From Vairimorpha necatrix (taxonomy: Eukaryota): a stretch of DNA of 64,000 bases. Positions 1 to 11,120 of the stretch are shown here, piece by piece. The position numbers and the translations under genes were made by a program. A model generated the notes under the pieces. It did not search any database. It was not told where the DNA came from and worked only from the letters and a program-made list of their open reading frames with translations. The stretch covers positions 186,001-250,000 of the forward strand of contig CP142729.1 in NCBI GenBank assembly GCA_036630325.1. The letters are read 5' to 3'. Numbering within the stretch: position 1 is the first letter of the stretch; each line of letters begins with the position of its first letter.

Positions 1-705
1 TTTAAATTCATCCTCAATTGCTATGTTGACCAAGCTATTAACGTCTTTATTGTCAATTTCGTTCAAATTAAATTCAAATAGGTAACAAATATTGTTTTTC
101 TCAATACAAAATCTAATATAGTAAATATTGGTATAACCGCCATAATAGAAAGATATTGGGATGTCTGGTATACGCAACTTATATTTGTTATATTTATTAA
201 AATTTTCTATTTCATCAAGTATTTTGTTTAGGTGACAACCTAAAAAAGAAATGTTTTTGTAAAAAATTTTATCTGTATTCTTTTCACTTCTACTTTTATT
301 ATTTTCTTTTATTTTTTCGATAATTTGTTTCGCAAACGAACTATACGTGCAATCATAAAGGCTATAAACCAATACAATGTTTTTATCGTACGATGAATTT
401 ATTATTTTAATTATATTTTCTTCTAAAATCTTGATATTATCATTAATTGATTTTCCTTCATACTTAAAACTAAAATTTTCCGTGTGTTGTTTTTTTCCGT
501 CAATACTTATATCTTTTAATGTGCAGTTTATTTCTTTATTATAATCGTGTACACGTAGAAATACTCTGATATAATCTTTGTTTGAATCATAAACTGTATA
601 ATCATCTTTTTTAAACGCATTAAAAAGGTTGTCTTTTATCCTTCTATAATATATTTGATTAGATCTTACAAAAAAAATAGCAAAAAATATTTTGAGTAAC
701 TTCAT
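1..705 (-). CDS. Hypothetical secreted protein, 5' part (runs off window start)
   Basis: CCCCA directly before ATG at 705. Translates MKLLKIFFAIFFVRSNQIYYRRIKDNLFNAFKKDDYTVYDS..., a hydrophobic signal-peptide-like start. Probably missing from the ORF track because the stop lies outside the window. Confidence 0.7.
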   Translation of the reverse strand, partial: MKLLKIFFAIFFVRSNQIYYRRIKDNLFNAFKKDDYTVYDSNKDYIRVFLRVHDYNKEINCTLKDISIDGKKQHTENFSFKYEGKSINDNIKILEENIIKIINSSYDKNIVLVYSLYDCTYSSFAKQIIEKIKENNKSRSEKNTDKIFYKNISFLGCHLNKILDEIENFNKYNKYKLRIPDIPISFYYGGYTNIYYIRFCIEKNNICYLFEFNLNEIDNKDVNSLVNIAIEDEFK

Positions 706-1339
706 TGGGGTAAAAAGAAGTTAAGTATATTTATATGAAAAAATTTAAAAGGAGAAAATTACTATGTTCATTTAACTATAGTAATGTCACAAATTCGTAC
801 AAATTTATAAATTTTTAACTAAATGTCAAATGTCTTCTTTTTTAGCGATGTGTGTCAAAAAACTCAGTAAAATGTCACTGCCCCTATTTTCTGCTATTGT
901 GAACATATTGAATCGCAATAATTATAGAAGAATAATATTTAGGCATTTATAAATATGTCACCGATTAAAAATTAAGAACTTTTTGTGGAAATATAAATTT
1001 TTTATATAATTGCAATGTACGCAAATTTTCTCCTAAAGCCGACATTAGCCAATCATTTTAATTTAGTAAAACAACTTTTTACATTTGCAATTTTTGCTTA
1101 CTTAAATTTGATTTTGACATAGCATATTTTATCTTTAAAAATTTTATACTATTTATGGAGACTTATTACTATAAATAATTGATGTGTTGTGCAATATAAG
1201 GCATTAATTGTGTTTTACAAATAGTTATCTAAAGCTTCCATTTTTTAAACGAACTTTTGTATAATGTTTTAAGATTTGGTGATTACGTTTTTTAAGAAGA
1301 AAAGTATTACGTAGCATCATGATTAATATAAGAAATTTT

Positions 1340-2351
1340 GGCTAAAGTTAGCTTTAGCTAACAAAAATGCATATAGGGTTTTTTTTCTTTTTTTTGCCCC
1401 TTTTTTTAAAAAATGGAGGAGACAATTATGACTAGAGCAGAAATGGAAACAGTCTATAATATTTTATTTGACAAAAAAAGAAACAGTTATCCAAAGTGTG
1501 TAACGGTAGAATGAGGTTGCTTAGTAAACAGGTCACTATCTTAAAATGTACTTGAAGAACTGTAAGAAGACATTTCAATGTGGAAAGGCACATTCTTTGA
1601 ACTTTAGACTCGATCATATCACAATTTTGCAGATACTTAATTTGTGGCTTCTAGGATATCCTCGTTAGTATATTAGCCAAATTTTATGTTGTTCAAAACC
1701 TTCAAAATCGTTTAATTTAAAAAGCTAAAGCAAATAGACATTTATGATAAATATTTATCATCTTTGGACAAGATGGGCGGGGAAAATATTATATTAGAAA
1801 TAGATGAAACTAAAATTGGAAAAATAAGTATAATAGAAGTAAACTAGTGAAAGGGTTTTGGTGTTTTGGAATGATAGAGCGTTTTTTAAAACGAACTATA
1901 ATAATTACGTATATTAAAAAAAGAGATAAAAAAGCACTTACTGACCTTTTATTTAAATATGTGAGCACGGAAAGTACTATATACAGCGATATGTGGAAGG
2001 CTTACCGTTCCTTGGGTAATGATTTCGAGCAACATCACATGGTCAACCACTCATTACACTTTCGAGATCCTAATACTGGGGTTCATACCAATACCATAGA
2101 AGGTAATTGAGATCACTCAAAAATTCTATACCTAACCGAAATAGGTCTGCAAATAGTGCCAAATTTTATTTATTAGGTATACTTCGAAGAAATGCATCTA
2201 ATTCTGTTTTTGATGCATTTTAAATTTATTGTTCTGATTTTTGTTTTTGTTCCTTCCTCATCGTTTTCTCTCCTCCATTTTTTAAAAAAAGGGGCAAAAA
2301 AAAGAAAAAAAACCCTATATGCATTTTTGTTAGCTAAAGCTAACTTTAGCC
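1340..2351 (+). mobile_element. Merlin (IS1595/IS1016-like) DNA transposon with frameshifted transposase
   Basis: 83-bp TIRs starting GG (1340-1422 / 2269-2351). Perfect 8-bp TSD GAAATTTT (1332-1339, 2352-2359). Motifs LEIDETKIG, IYSDMWKAY and HTNTIEG are split by stops and frameshifts. Confidence 0.95.
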
Positions 2352-2584
2352 GAAATTTTACAAATAACAACAACAAAATTGAATTAATTTTGTGATGTTG
2401 GTGCCTACATGACAATGACAGATGTTATAAATGTCGCCTGTCATATATTTTTATGAACCTGTCAGATACCCCCTATGGCCAATCAAATTGTGTCATATGA
2501 ACAAACAAAAAAAAGAAGTTGTATTGTTGGTAAAGCATCGAAAGCCACCAATGTTGTATTTTTTTAAAATATAACAGGAGCTAT

Positions 2585-3545
2585 GGCAGTCTGGTGGCCA
2601 AAAATCCCTTAAAAGGAATTTTTAAAAAAATCACCCCAAAAATGAAAAGTCAAGAGGAAAAACTTTTTGAAATTTTTTTAAAATATATTGAAAAAACAAG
2701 CAAATCATCTATAAAATGTGGTTCTATAAGTACAAAATATAATGAAAATTTTATTTTTCGATGTACTTGGTCTAAATGTAGAAGTAAATGGTCTTTATTA
2801 AAAAACACTCCATTCTACAATAACAAGCTTGGAATTAATACTATGTTATTAATTATTAAATCATGGTCTGTTAATGTAAAGTATAAAGCTATTGCGGAAT
2901 TTCTTGGAATTAGCATTAAAAGTGTAAGAAAAATCATTTCTTTAACAGTAAATTCCATCGAAAATTCTGTTTACGTCGAAACAGGTATAATAGGAGAACC
3001 TGGGATTGTTGTGGAAATAGATGAAAGTAAGTTTGGTAAATTAAAATGCCATAGAGGCCATGGGTAGAAGAGTTTGGATTTTCGGAATGGTAGAAAGAAC
3101 ACCTCAAACGAAAACTGTGTTTGTTCCTGTTGATAATAGAAGAGCAACTACACTAGAAGAACTTTTAAAAAAAATATGTTAACCCAGAATCTATCATACA
3201 TAGTGATTGCTTCTCTTCAAATTCTAGGTTGTGTTCAATTTTTCAACAACATAAGACGGTTAATCATTCAAAAGAATTTGTTAATAAAAATAATTCATGC
3301 CATACTAATACTATCGAAGGTAATTGGAGCGCTGTTAAAAGTGAAACTTCCATAAGGCATAGAACAAAAAAATTAATAAAGAGTTCTTTGTTAAGATTTA
3401 TGCTTAGAAGAAATTTTGAAGAAAATTTGTTTGATAAAATTATTAAAATGATTTTTAAGTTTTTATTTTTTTCCTCTTGACTTTTCATTTTTGGGGTGGT
3501 TTTTTTAAAAATTCCTTTTAAGGGATTTTTGGCCACCAGACTGCC
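2585..3545 (+). mobile_element. Merlin DNA transposon, second family
   Basis: 78-bp TIRs GGCAGTCTGG... (2585-2662 / 3468-3545, one mismatch). Encodes VEIDESKFGK, IIHSD and HTNTIEGNW. No matching TSD. Confidence 0.93.
2642..3480 (+). pseudogene. Merlin DDE transposase, frameshifted
   Basis: ATG at 2642 after CACCCC. ORF pieces 2594-3067 and 3229-3480 are joined by frameshifts near 3065 and 3175. N-terminal Cys motif (CTWSKC) and DDE motifs present. Confidence 0.88.
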
Positions 3546-6500
3546 CTTTAACCAATATAACATAATAGAAAGTATGATTAAAAGAACAGGATGATCGGAG
3601 AAACTAAGTAAAAGAGCTGCGCTGAGAATGCCAACAAATATGTTGACAAACTCTATATATATATATATGAATTTTTGTGGAAATCTAATACAATAATAGT
3701 AAAGTCCCTGTGATACATAACACTACTTGCTTTAGTTAAAATTGAAAAAATATAATTTTTATAAGTCAAATATAGAAAGTGAAATAAAAAAACTTTATAA
3801 TTTTTTTTTATTTTTTAGCATAATGTTTATAGATATATAGACGAGCTAGAGCTTTTACAATTGAAAACAGGGGTATGATCCCGTCGAATGTAGTATACGT
3901 AGAAAAGTTTTATGATTATAATTACCATTTATAGATATACAATAGATAATTAATTATTTTATTTATGGAACAAATTATTCCCAAGGTACAATTTGTTTTT
4001 TTTTCTAAACAAATAAAAAAATTATTAACCAGTCTTCATAATCATTCGTATACATTTATAAACCACTTTGGTTTAATTACTGCTTAAATTTAGAAGTACA
4101 AAAAAAAGTTGAAACATTTGAGTCAGAAAATATAAATAAATAACTTTTTTTATTTGAGGTTAAATGGTTATGTTTTTAAAAAAAGATTTGATGTTTAGCA
4201 TAGAGCAACTGGTCTATTTAACGACAATATCCCCTTTAAAAATTAAAATAGTAATTATTCCCTAAAAACTTTTTGTTTTTATACCTTGGCTGTTTATAAT
4301 CTATTTCATTCTTTTAAAACATATAAAATAATGATTTTCTGTCTTTCAAACACAATTTTCTCTTTAATATTCCAAAAACATTAAAATACGAATGATGCGT
4401 GATTTATACAGAAAAGCCAATGCTGTTATTAATTTTACTAAAATATAATAAATTATTTGTTTTCATACAAGAATCTTTGAATACAGAAATTTATATGATT
4501 TTAACTTACGTGCAATGAAAACTCTAGCATATATGAATAATATTTGAAGCTGTAAATGTCTTTTATATTTTAAACATAATATTAAAGATCATCTTGTCCT
4601 CATTTATTGTATCCTTGATCGTGTAAAGTTCCAATTTTTAATCTACTTAATGGGAAGCCTTTGTACGTTCTATGCTTCCTCCGTATTATTTTTGTTTCTA
4701 TGATCGTAACATCTCGAAAGAGACCAATTATTATCATTAGATTGTCATTATCGCAGTATTTTAGACAAAAATATACACATATTACGTTTTTATCATATTG
4801 ATGCCTGAAAGGATTCAAACTCATCTATAAAAGTAAAAAAGCAACAAAATTATTTTATGACGATCGATTCATAAATTATATGATTATTGCGACACTAAAG
4901 ACAATAAAGTGCAACAATATGAGCACTCATATACTTTTTAAAAAGCAGGAGTAGAAAAATAAAATTATCATCATTATGACATGTAGGATATTTCTTAGTG
5001 TTTGTTTTGATTAAAAATTTCGATATAGAATTTAGACATTTTGAAAATTAAGCATTGTGTACTAACTGGTTTGTAAAATGTATGCGGATATATACATATA
5101 GACAAATTCCCTAAATTTTTTTACGGCACGAAAAGAAAGCCTTAAAAAAATAGTAATCAGTAGACGTCAATTCCGACTAAAACATATAGAATACGAGGAC
5201 ATGACTAAAAGATTTAGTAGCTCGATTGCTGATATACGACCAAAGCCATTGTTTTTAAAGCCGAAAAGAAGAAATATATAAAATTATTTGTATTTAAGAG
5301 TAATAATGATAATTCATTATTTCCAAAACAATCATTAGAGTATTATCATGTGGTAAAAACATCAAGCTCTTTATTGGCAAAGCTTATCAAAATAACTAAA
5401 AAACTATCAATAGATTTTCGTTTCATTTTTTTTGTTATGCTCAAAAATATAGAAATGAAATATTAAAACAGAAAAAAAACATAGATAGCAGTAGAAGCGT
5501 TAAAAAAACATTTGATCATATGGAAAATAATGAATATAGATAAAATTTTATATTTTTATACGTAAATTAATAAGCATTTACAAAAAAAATTTATTAAGTA
5601 CTTTGACAATTTTTTCGATGCAAGAATGGATATCTTTGTGATTGTACCGATATACTCGACTTTTACATATATATATAAACCTCATAAAAATAAATTAAAT
5701 TAGTATACGTATTTAAAAGGATAACATTTTAAGCAGAATATATAATGAAATTATGGGTTTAGAGTATACTTCAACCTTTATTACGAAAGCCAAACTAACT
5801 TATTTCATGTAATAATGGATGTATTGAGATGCACTTGGACACTAAACCCTCACTATAAAACAATAATTTAAACTAAATATATCTGCATATATGTGCACTA
5901 ACATAGTTAGACTTTGTATTTTGGTAACATAATATCAAAAACAGGGTTCCAGTATCTGTAGCACAACAATCAACCAACAGCAAAATCCTCAACTAAAATT
6001 CATATAATAACTGGAAGTAATATCCATGATATTTCCTAAATAAAGAAGTCAAACACACGTTAAATTTAAAAAAATAAACATTCAATCAAAATGTGTATTT
6101 ATATTTTTTTAAAATAATTCATATCTTTGATGTGAAGCTAAAACCTCTGGAGCATTTTACATATTTATATAATATGGATCTTATGTACGGAAATTTTAAC
6201 ATAATCATTGGCAAGGATAGATGGGAGTCACGATAAATTTACAAATACTTACATCAATAAATACATATATGGATATTAAAAGGTAAAAATCGATAAATTG
6301 CATTTGATCTGCACATTAATTTGATATCAAAATCACTATTTAATGGAATTACATAATGTCTCTGTAATGCACCAGCGACTTTGTAAGGACAATTAATAAA
6401 GCGCCACATCAGAATTGTGCCTGTTTATTGTAGCCTTTATTACACATAAAACCGAATAGAGAATATTTAACTATCGGGTCTTGTATGAAAAGCAATTTGC

Positions 6501-7999
6501 ATAGCAGAACTTAAGATATATGATATAATAATCGAGTCAAATGAAACTAACATCATTACAGAAATAATTATTTAAAACTTCTTTCAAACAAACCTGAAAT
6601 ATTAGGAACCATAGTATCAATTACAAATGGTCGAGTTTTAAATAATACGCTATAAAGTTAAGACGGTTCATATTGATTTAATAAAAGCAAAATTTATCAG
6701 AAATTCATAAAGGTTAAAACATGTTATGCTACGATCAGTTTTTTAGTAAAATTTTAGCTTAGTAAAAAAACGTTAGGAGTAGGCCTGTGTGGGGAAAAAT
6801 TACATAGCAACCTACACTCCAAAATAGAATGTGATATTTTGGAGTGTATTAGACGTGTTTAACTAGCATGTTTAAGAGTTTCATTTAGATTTTATAAAAA
6901 TTTCACACAAACAAAATTAATTTTAGTTTCAAAAGGTCAAAACCTTTTGCACTATCTTTGACTAAAAATCTTATTACAATCTGTTGCCGAGCGATAATTT
7001 TTTTTTAAAACTCAAAAACCTACTACAGGAATATTAAATGCAAATTTAAAATCATAAATACACCTATATTATGTTTAAATAAAAGACGAGTTTAATTATG
7101 AAGACAAAAATGTAAAAATAATCTTTTGCATAGACGCAAATTTTACCTAAATTATGAGTAAAAAACAGGCATGAAATTTTTTAGAATAATATATGATATT
7201 GTATTGGCATTAGAAAATTATGAGATGGCAATACTTTAATAAGGCGCTTAAAATGTCATCTTATCTATTTTAGGACACAATTCCAATTTTTTATTTATCC
7301 TTTATATTTATCTTTTTACAAAAAATATGAGATTTGTAATTTATCGATAATAAAATCAGCTAAATAAGGATATATAAATATTGTTGAATAAGAAACTTCT
7401 TTTCTTGTTAAATATAACACCTGCAAATTCAAGCGATTTAATTATTTAGTAAAAAGAATTTTCACTCTGAATAGATGCAAAAAGGTTATTTCAAGAAAAA
7501 AATTTTAAAATACTACAATCTGACCATTTTATAAGTTTATACCAAAATTAATGTGTCTGGTTGCTGGGACACGCATAAAAATTTATAATTAGCCGCTTAT
7601 AAAATATGAGAAGATTGGTAAAAAAAATTTGTTGAACAGATGCCTTTTTTGCAAAAAAAATGTTTTTGATAAAAGATAATAATGTAAATTTAATTTTCAA
7701 AAGCTTAAAGATGCTAATTAAAGGGTGTCTTTCTGGAATTTAGCTTTTGATAAAAAACAGCTTGCTTGTATTGATGAAACTCTGAAAGACCATTAGAATT
7801 TGTTAGAAGAATTCACTATCAGAAAAATATATTTGATAAGTAAAAGAGCGTGTACAGCTAATTCTAATGAAAAAAAGATTCTATTTTTGAAAAAAATAAG
7901 TTAAGTTCATGAAAAGTTATAAGTATGATTTTAGTTATATGTATTTGTGTTTTTTTTCAATAAGCAATTGATATTAAAGTAGTCAGAACTCCCGTAAGT

Positions 8000-8560
8000 A
8001 CAACGATTTGTTTTGCATAAAACGCATAACAAGGAATGACTAATAATAGTCAGATTGTGGTAGGGATTTTGAGTCGCATCCTGAAGTAGCGCAAATCGAC
8101 GTGTATATATTTTTTCTCGCCAAATATAATCGCGGCGATCATACGTTTGGTCGATTGTATGTGTTAAAAGTGGAAAATAGTTTCAAAAGACCTTTTTTAT
8201 TCATTAAGCTAGTAAAATTACTGCTAATCTACTTATGCTAATACAAATAATGTAAAACTTGGTTATATTGTGATCTTTGATCAATAGAGAGCATATTATG
8301 CCGCACGTAGACAAATTATTTCGATGGAGCACAGGTACAATAATCAACTAAATAATTAGTAAACCTTAGCGATCCTGACAAGCATACACAACAGATAGGG
8401 ATTTTGGTCTTTTTCCGAAAAAAAAAGTTTATATGATAATAAATTAGGCAAACCGATTACATTAGTACCTTTACAGTTAATCTGACCTTATCAAATACCT
8501 AAAGAATTAATGTATATATTATCTTCTTTTTTAAAGCAGTTTAAATCATGAAAAAAAAAT
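8000..8560 (+). mobile_element. Highly decayed Merlin transposase remnant
   Basis: Fragments read QID..., PKYNRG, KLGYIVIFDQ*RAY and VNLSDPDKHTQQI in Merlin motif order. Boundaries approximate. Confidence 0.55.
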
Positions 8561-9675
8561 TTTATAATTCTTTTAATTTTCACTTTTCTTTTTTTTATTG
8601 CGAATTCAAAATGGTAGACACCAATAAAAGTTAAAGTAAAACTTCATTTACAACTATTTATGGGAGGCGGTGCAGACTTTATATAATTATCAGGCAACAA
8701 AATATAGTTTTTAATCATTAATCAAAATTTACTTTAATAAAAAATAAAATAGAAAGAATTAAAGAAAATAAACATAACATATTTAATAATTTTCAATAGA
8801 CTGTCATATTCAAAGGGTTGACAAAAATAATGAATTTTTTAAAGGCTACAGAAATTGTAAAATCATTTAAAAAAATTTATAGAAATCTGAAACAATTTTA
8901 TCTGATTGCGTATATGGAAGTTTAATCACGAAAGCCTCTAAAGTCAAAAACCAGGCACATAACTTACTTCTTTTATGCATTAATAAAGAACCAAAAGAGT
9001 TGTAAGACGCATGATTTAAACACTTATGAAATAAAATAGGTCGTTAAAATGACATAACTTAAAGTAAAATATTTCAGAAAATATTTTTTTCCTACACAGA
9101 GCTATCACGGCAAGCTAATTATATATACAACACGTAAATTAATTAAATAAAATTTTGACTATAAAATTATACCAAAAAAAGTGTTCTAATAGCCAAAAAT
9201 AAGACAAGAAAAAAGGCTTTAAAACAATAACAACAAACATTAAAAAAAAAGAACCTGGGATTTTTTAAAAAGAAATAAGACATATTGATTAAGAATACTT
9301 GAAAAAAATGAAATACAAGAGGATCTCGTTAAAATTGATGCAAACCCCTTCAATCTATCAATAGTTATAAGAATGTTTGAACTTAAAAAACGTGAATAGA
9401 GACAGTTTTTAAAAGGCCGTGGAAGTTAATTATGTCCAAACAAATCATTATTATGCTATTTCTTGTTTGAAAACTTTTTTAGAATTTGTTCCGCAAATAA
9501 ATAGAAAAAAATAAAATAAAATATATATATATAATTACCATAAAATATTTGAAATTTTATATTTATTTGTAAATAAAATGTCGCGCGCGCGGGGCGCACG
9601 TGCGCCCAGCCCGCACACGGCCCAATTCCCGCTTTTTGAGCCATTTTTCATTTTTTTAAGGGTGCTTATGAAAAA

Positions 9676-9757
9676 TGGCTCGCGCGGGGATCGAACCCTT
9701 CCTCTTAAAATTTGACCAGTTCGTTTCAGAATTTCTGACCGCTGAGCTAAACTCAGT
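9676..9757 (-). ncRNA. tRNA-like Pol III unit inside the Ginger-like element (not a canonical tRNA)
   Basis: Minus strand has A box TAGCTCAGCGG, B box GGTTCGATCCC, then ...GAGCCA and TTTTT. Acceptor stem does not pair and T stem is only partial. Confidence 0.55.
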
Positions 9758-9831
9758 TATAAAAAAACCTTAAAAATATAAATAAGTTAAAAACAACACC
9801 ATTTTAAAAAATATTTCATAACATCCCTCAA

Positions 9832-11120
9832 ATGGTCTTACCTGTGAAAAACTCGGAAGAATATAAAAATATTCTAGATATTATTGTAGAAAACAAAGTC
9901 GTAAAATATATTTCGAGGTTTTCTTTGGCGAGATTAAGGAAAAAGGCTGAACACTTTACAATTGTAGATAATCATCTTTACTTAAGAGGTATCGACAATC
10001 TACATTTAAAGGTTTTTGCACAAACGGATATTTGTGCGATGAAGTTAGAAATGCAAAAACTTCACGTAGATGGGCATTTAGGTCAGAATGCCCTATACCT
10101 AAAAAGTAAATGTTTTTTTTTTCAATCCCAAGGGAATTGATACGTGATGTTGTACGTGAATGTAAAATTTGCGCTCAATGTCAGCCTTTGAAGACAAAGG
10201 AAAAAATGAAACATATTACAGCAGAATTTCCATGGGAACGCCTAATGATAGATCTTATTGATATGAGATCATACAAGGAGTTTAACGATGGGTATTGCTG
10301 GATATTATCTATTTTGGATGTATATTCAAAATTTGCCAGAACATATCCATTAAAAGGTAAGACAGCTGAGTGTGTTATAGAGTGTTTGGAGGATTTATTT
10401 GAACATTATGGTGTACCTGGGATCATTCAAAGTGATAATGGTAAGGAGTTTAGGAACAAATTGATGTATGATCTTGCATCAAAATATAAAATCCTTCTAA
10501 TAAACGGGAGACCTAGACATCCACAGACACAGGGTCAGGTGGAACGGTTTAACCAAACAATCACAAGGTTATTATCAAAAAAATTAATGGACGAAGAAAC
10601 ATCAGAACGAAGTGAAAGGTGGATTGATTGTCTAAAAAAGGTTACTAGTGTTTATAATCAAGCAGTTCATTCTGCGACTTCTTTTACTCCATTTGAGAAA
10701 ATGTTTAACAGAGCTGGTTACAACACAGTAGTTCGTAAAAATTTAGAACCTGAGAATAAAGTGTCTTTAGAGTTAGATAGAGAAATATGTCCTGTGTCTG
10801 TTGATAATGAAATCGATTGTGTTAAAAAGGAAGAAAAATCTAAAGAAGACTGTGTATTTTCGAGTTACCAAAAAAAATACTTTGCACGAATGGATAGACG
10901 CGCGGTACACAATTCTATTTATGATTTTGAAGTAGGTGATACTGTTTTATTGAAAAAAGATTTTGATAATAATAAAAAAACTAAGAAAAAAAAACTTGAA
11001 TCTTTCTATCATAAAGAGTCTATAGTAATAGAAATTTTATCTAACAATCGAGTAAAGTTAAATTTAGAAGGAAATGAAGTTATAGTAGATTTAAATTTGA
11101 TTAAAAAAATAAAAAATTAG
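9832..11120 (+). CDS. Retroviral-type integrase/transposase (H2C2 + rve DDE core), one frameshift at T10 run 10113-10122
   Basis: HVDGHLG in ORF 9832-10140; CKIC, MIDLID, QSDNGKEF and PQTQGQVERFN in ORF 10110-11120. CCC just upstream of the ATG. Confidence 0.88.

Noticed and set aside
3838-3892. Decayed copy of the tRNA-like unit (GGTATGATCCCGTCGA)
   Set aside because: Two core B-box mismatches and no linked integrase or TIR.
9676-9757. Canonical tRNA gene
   Set aside because: Acceptor stem does not pair, T stem has only 3 pairs and there is no proper anticodon arm; kept only as a tRNA-like unit.
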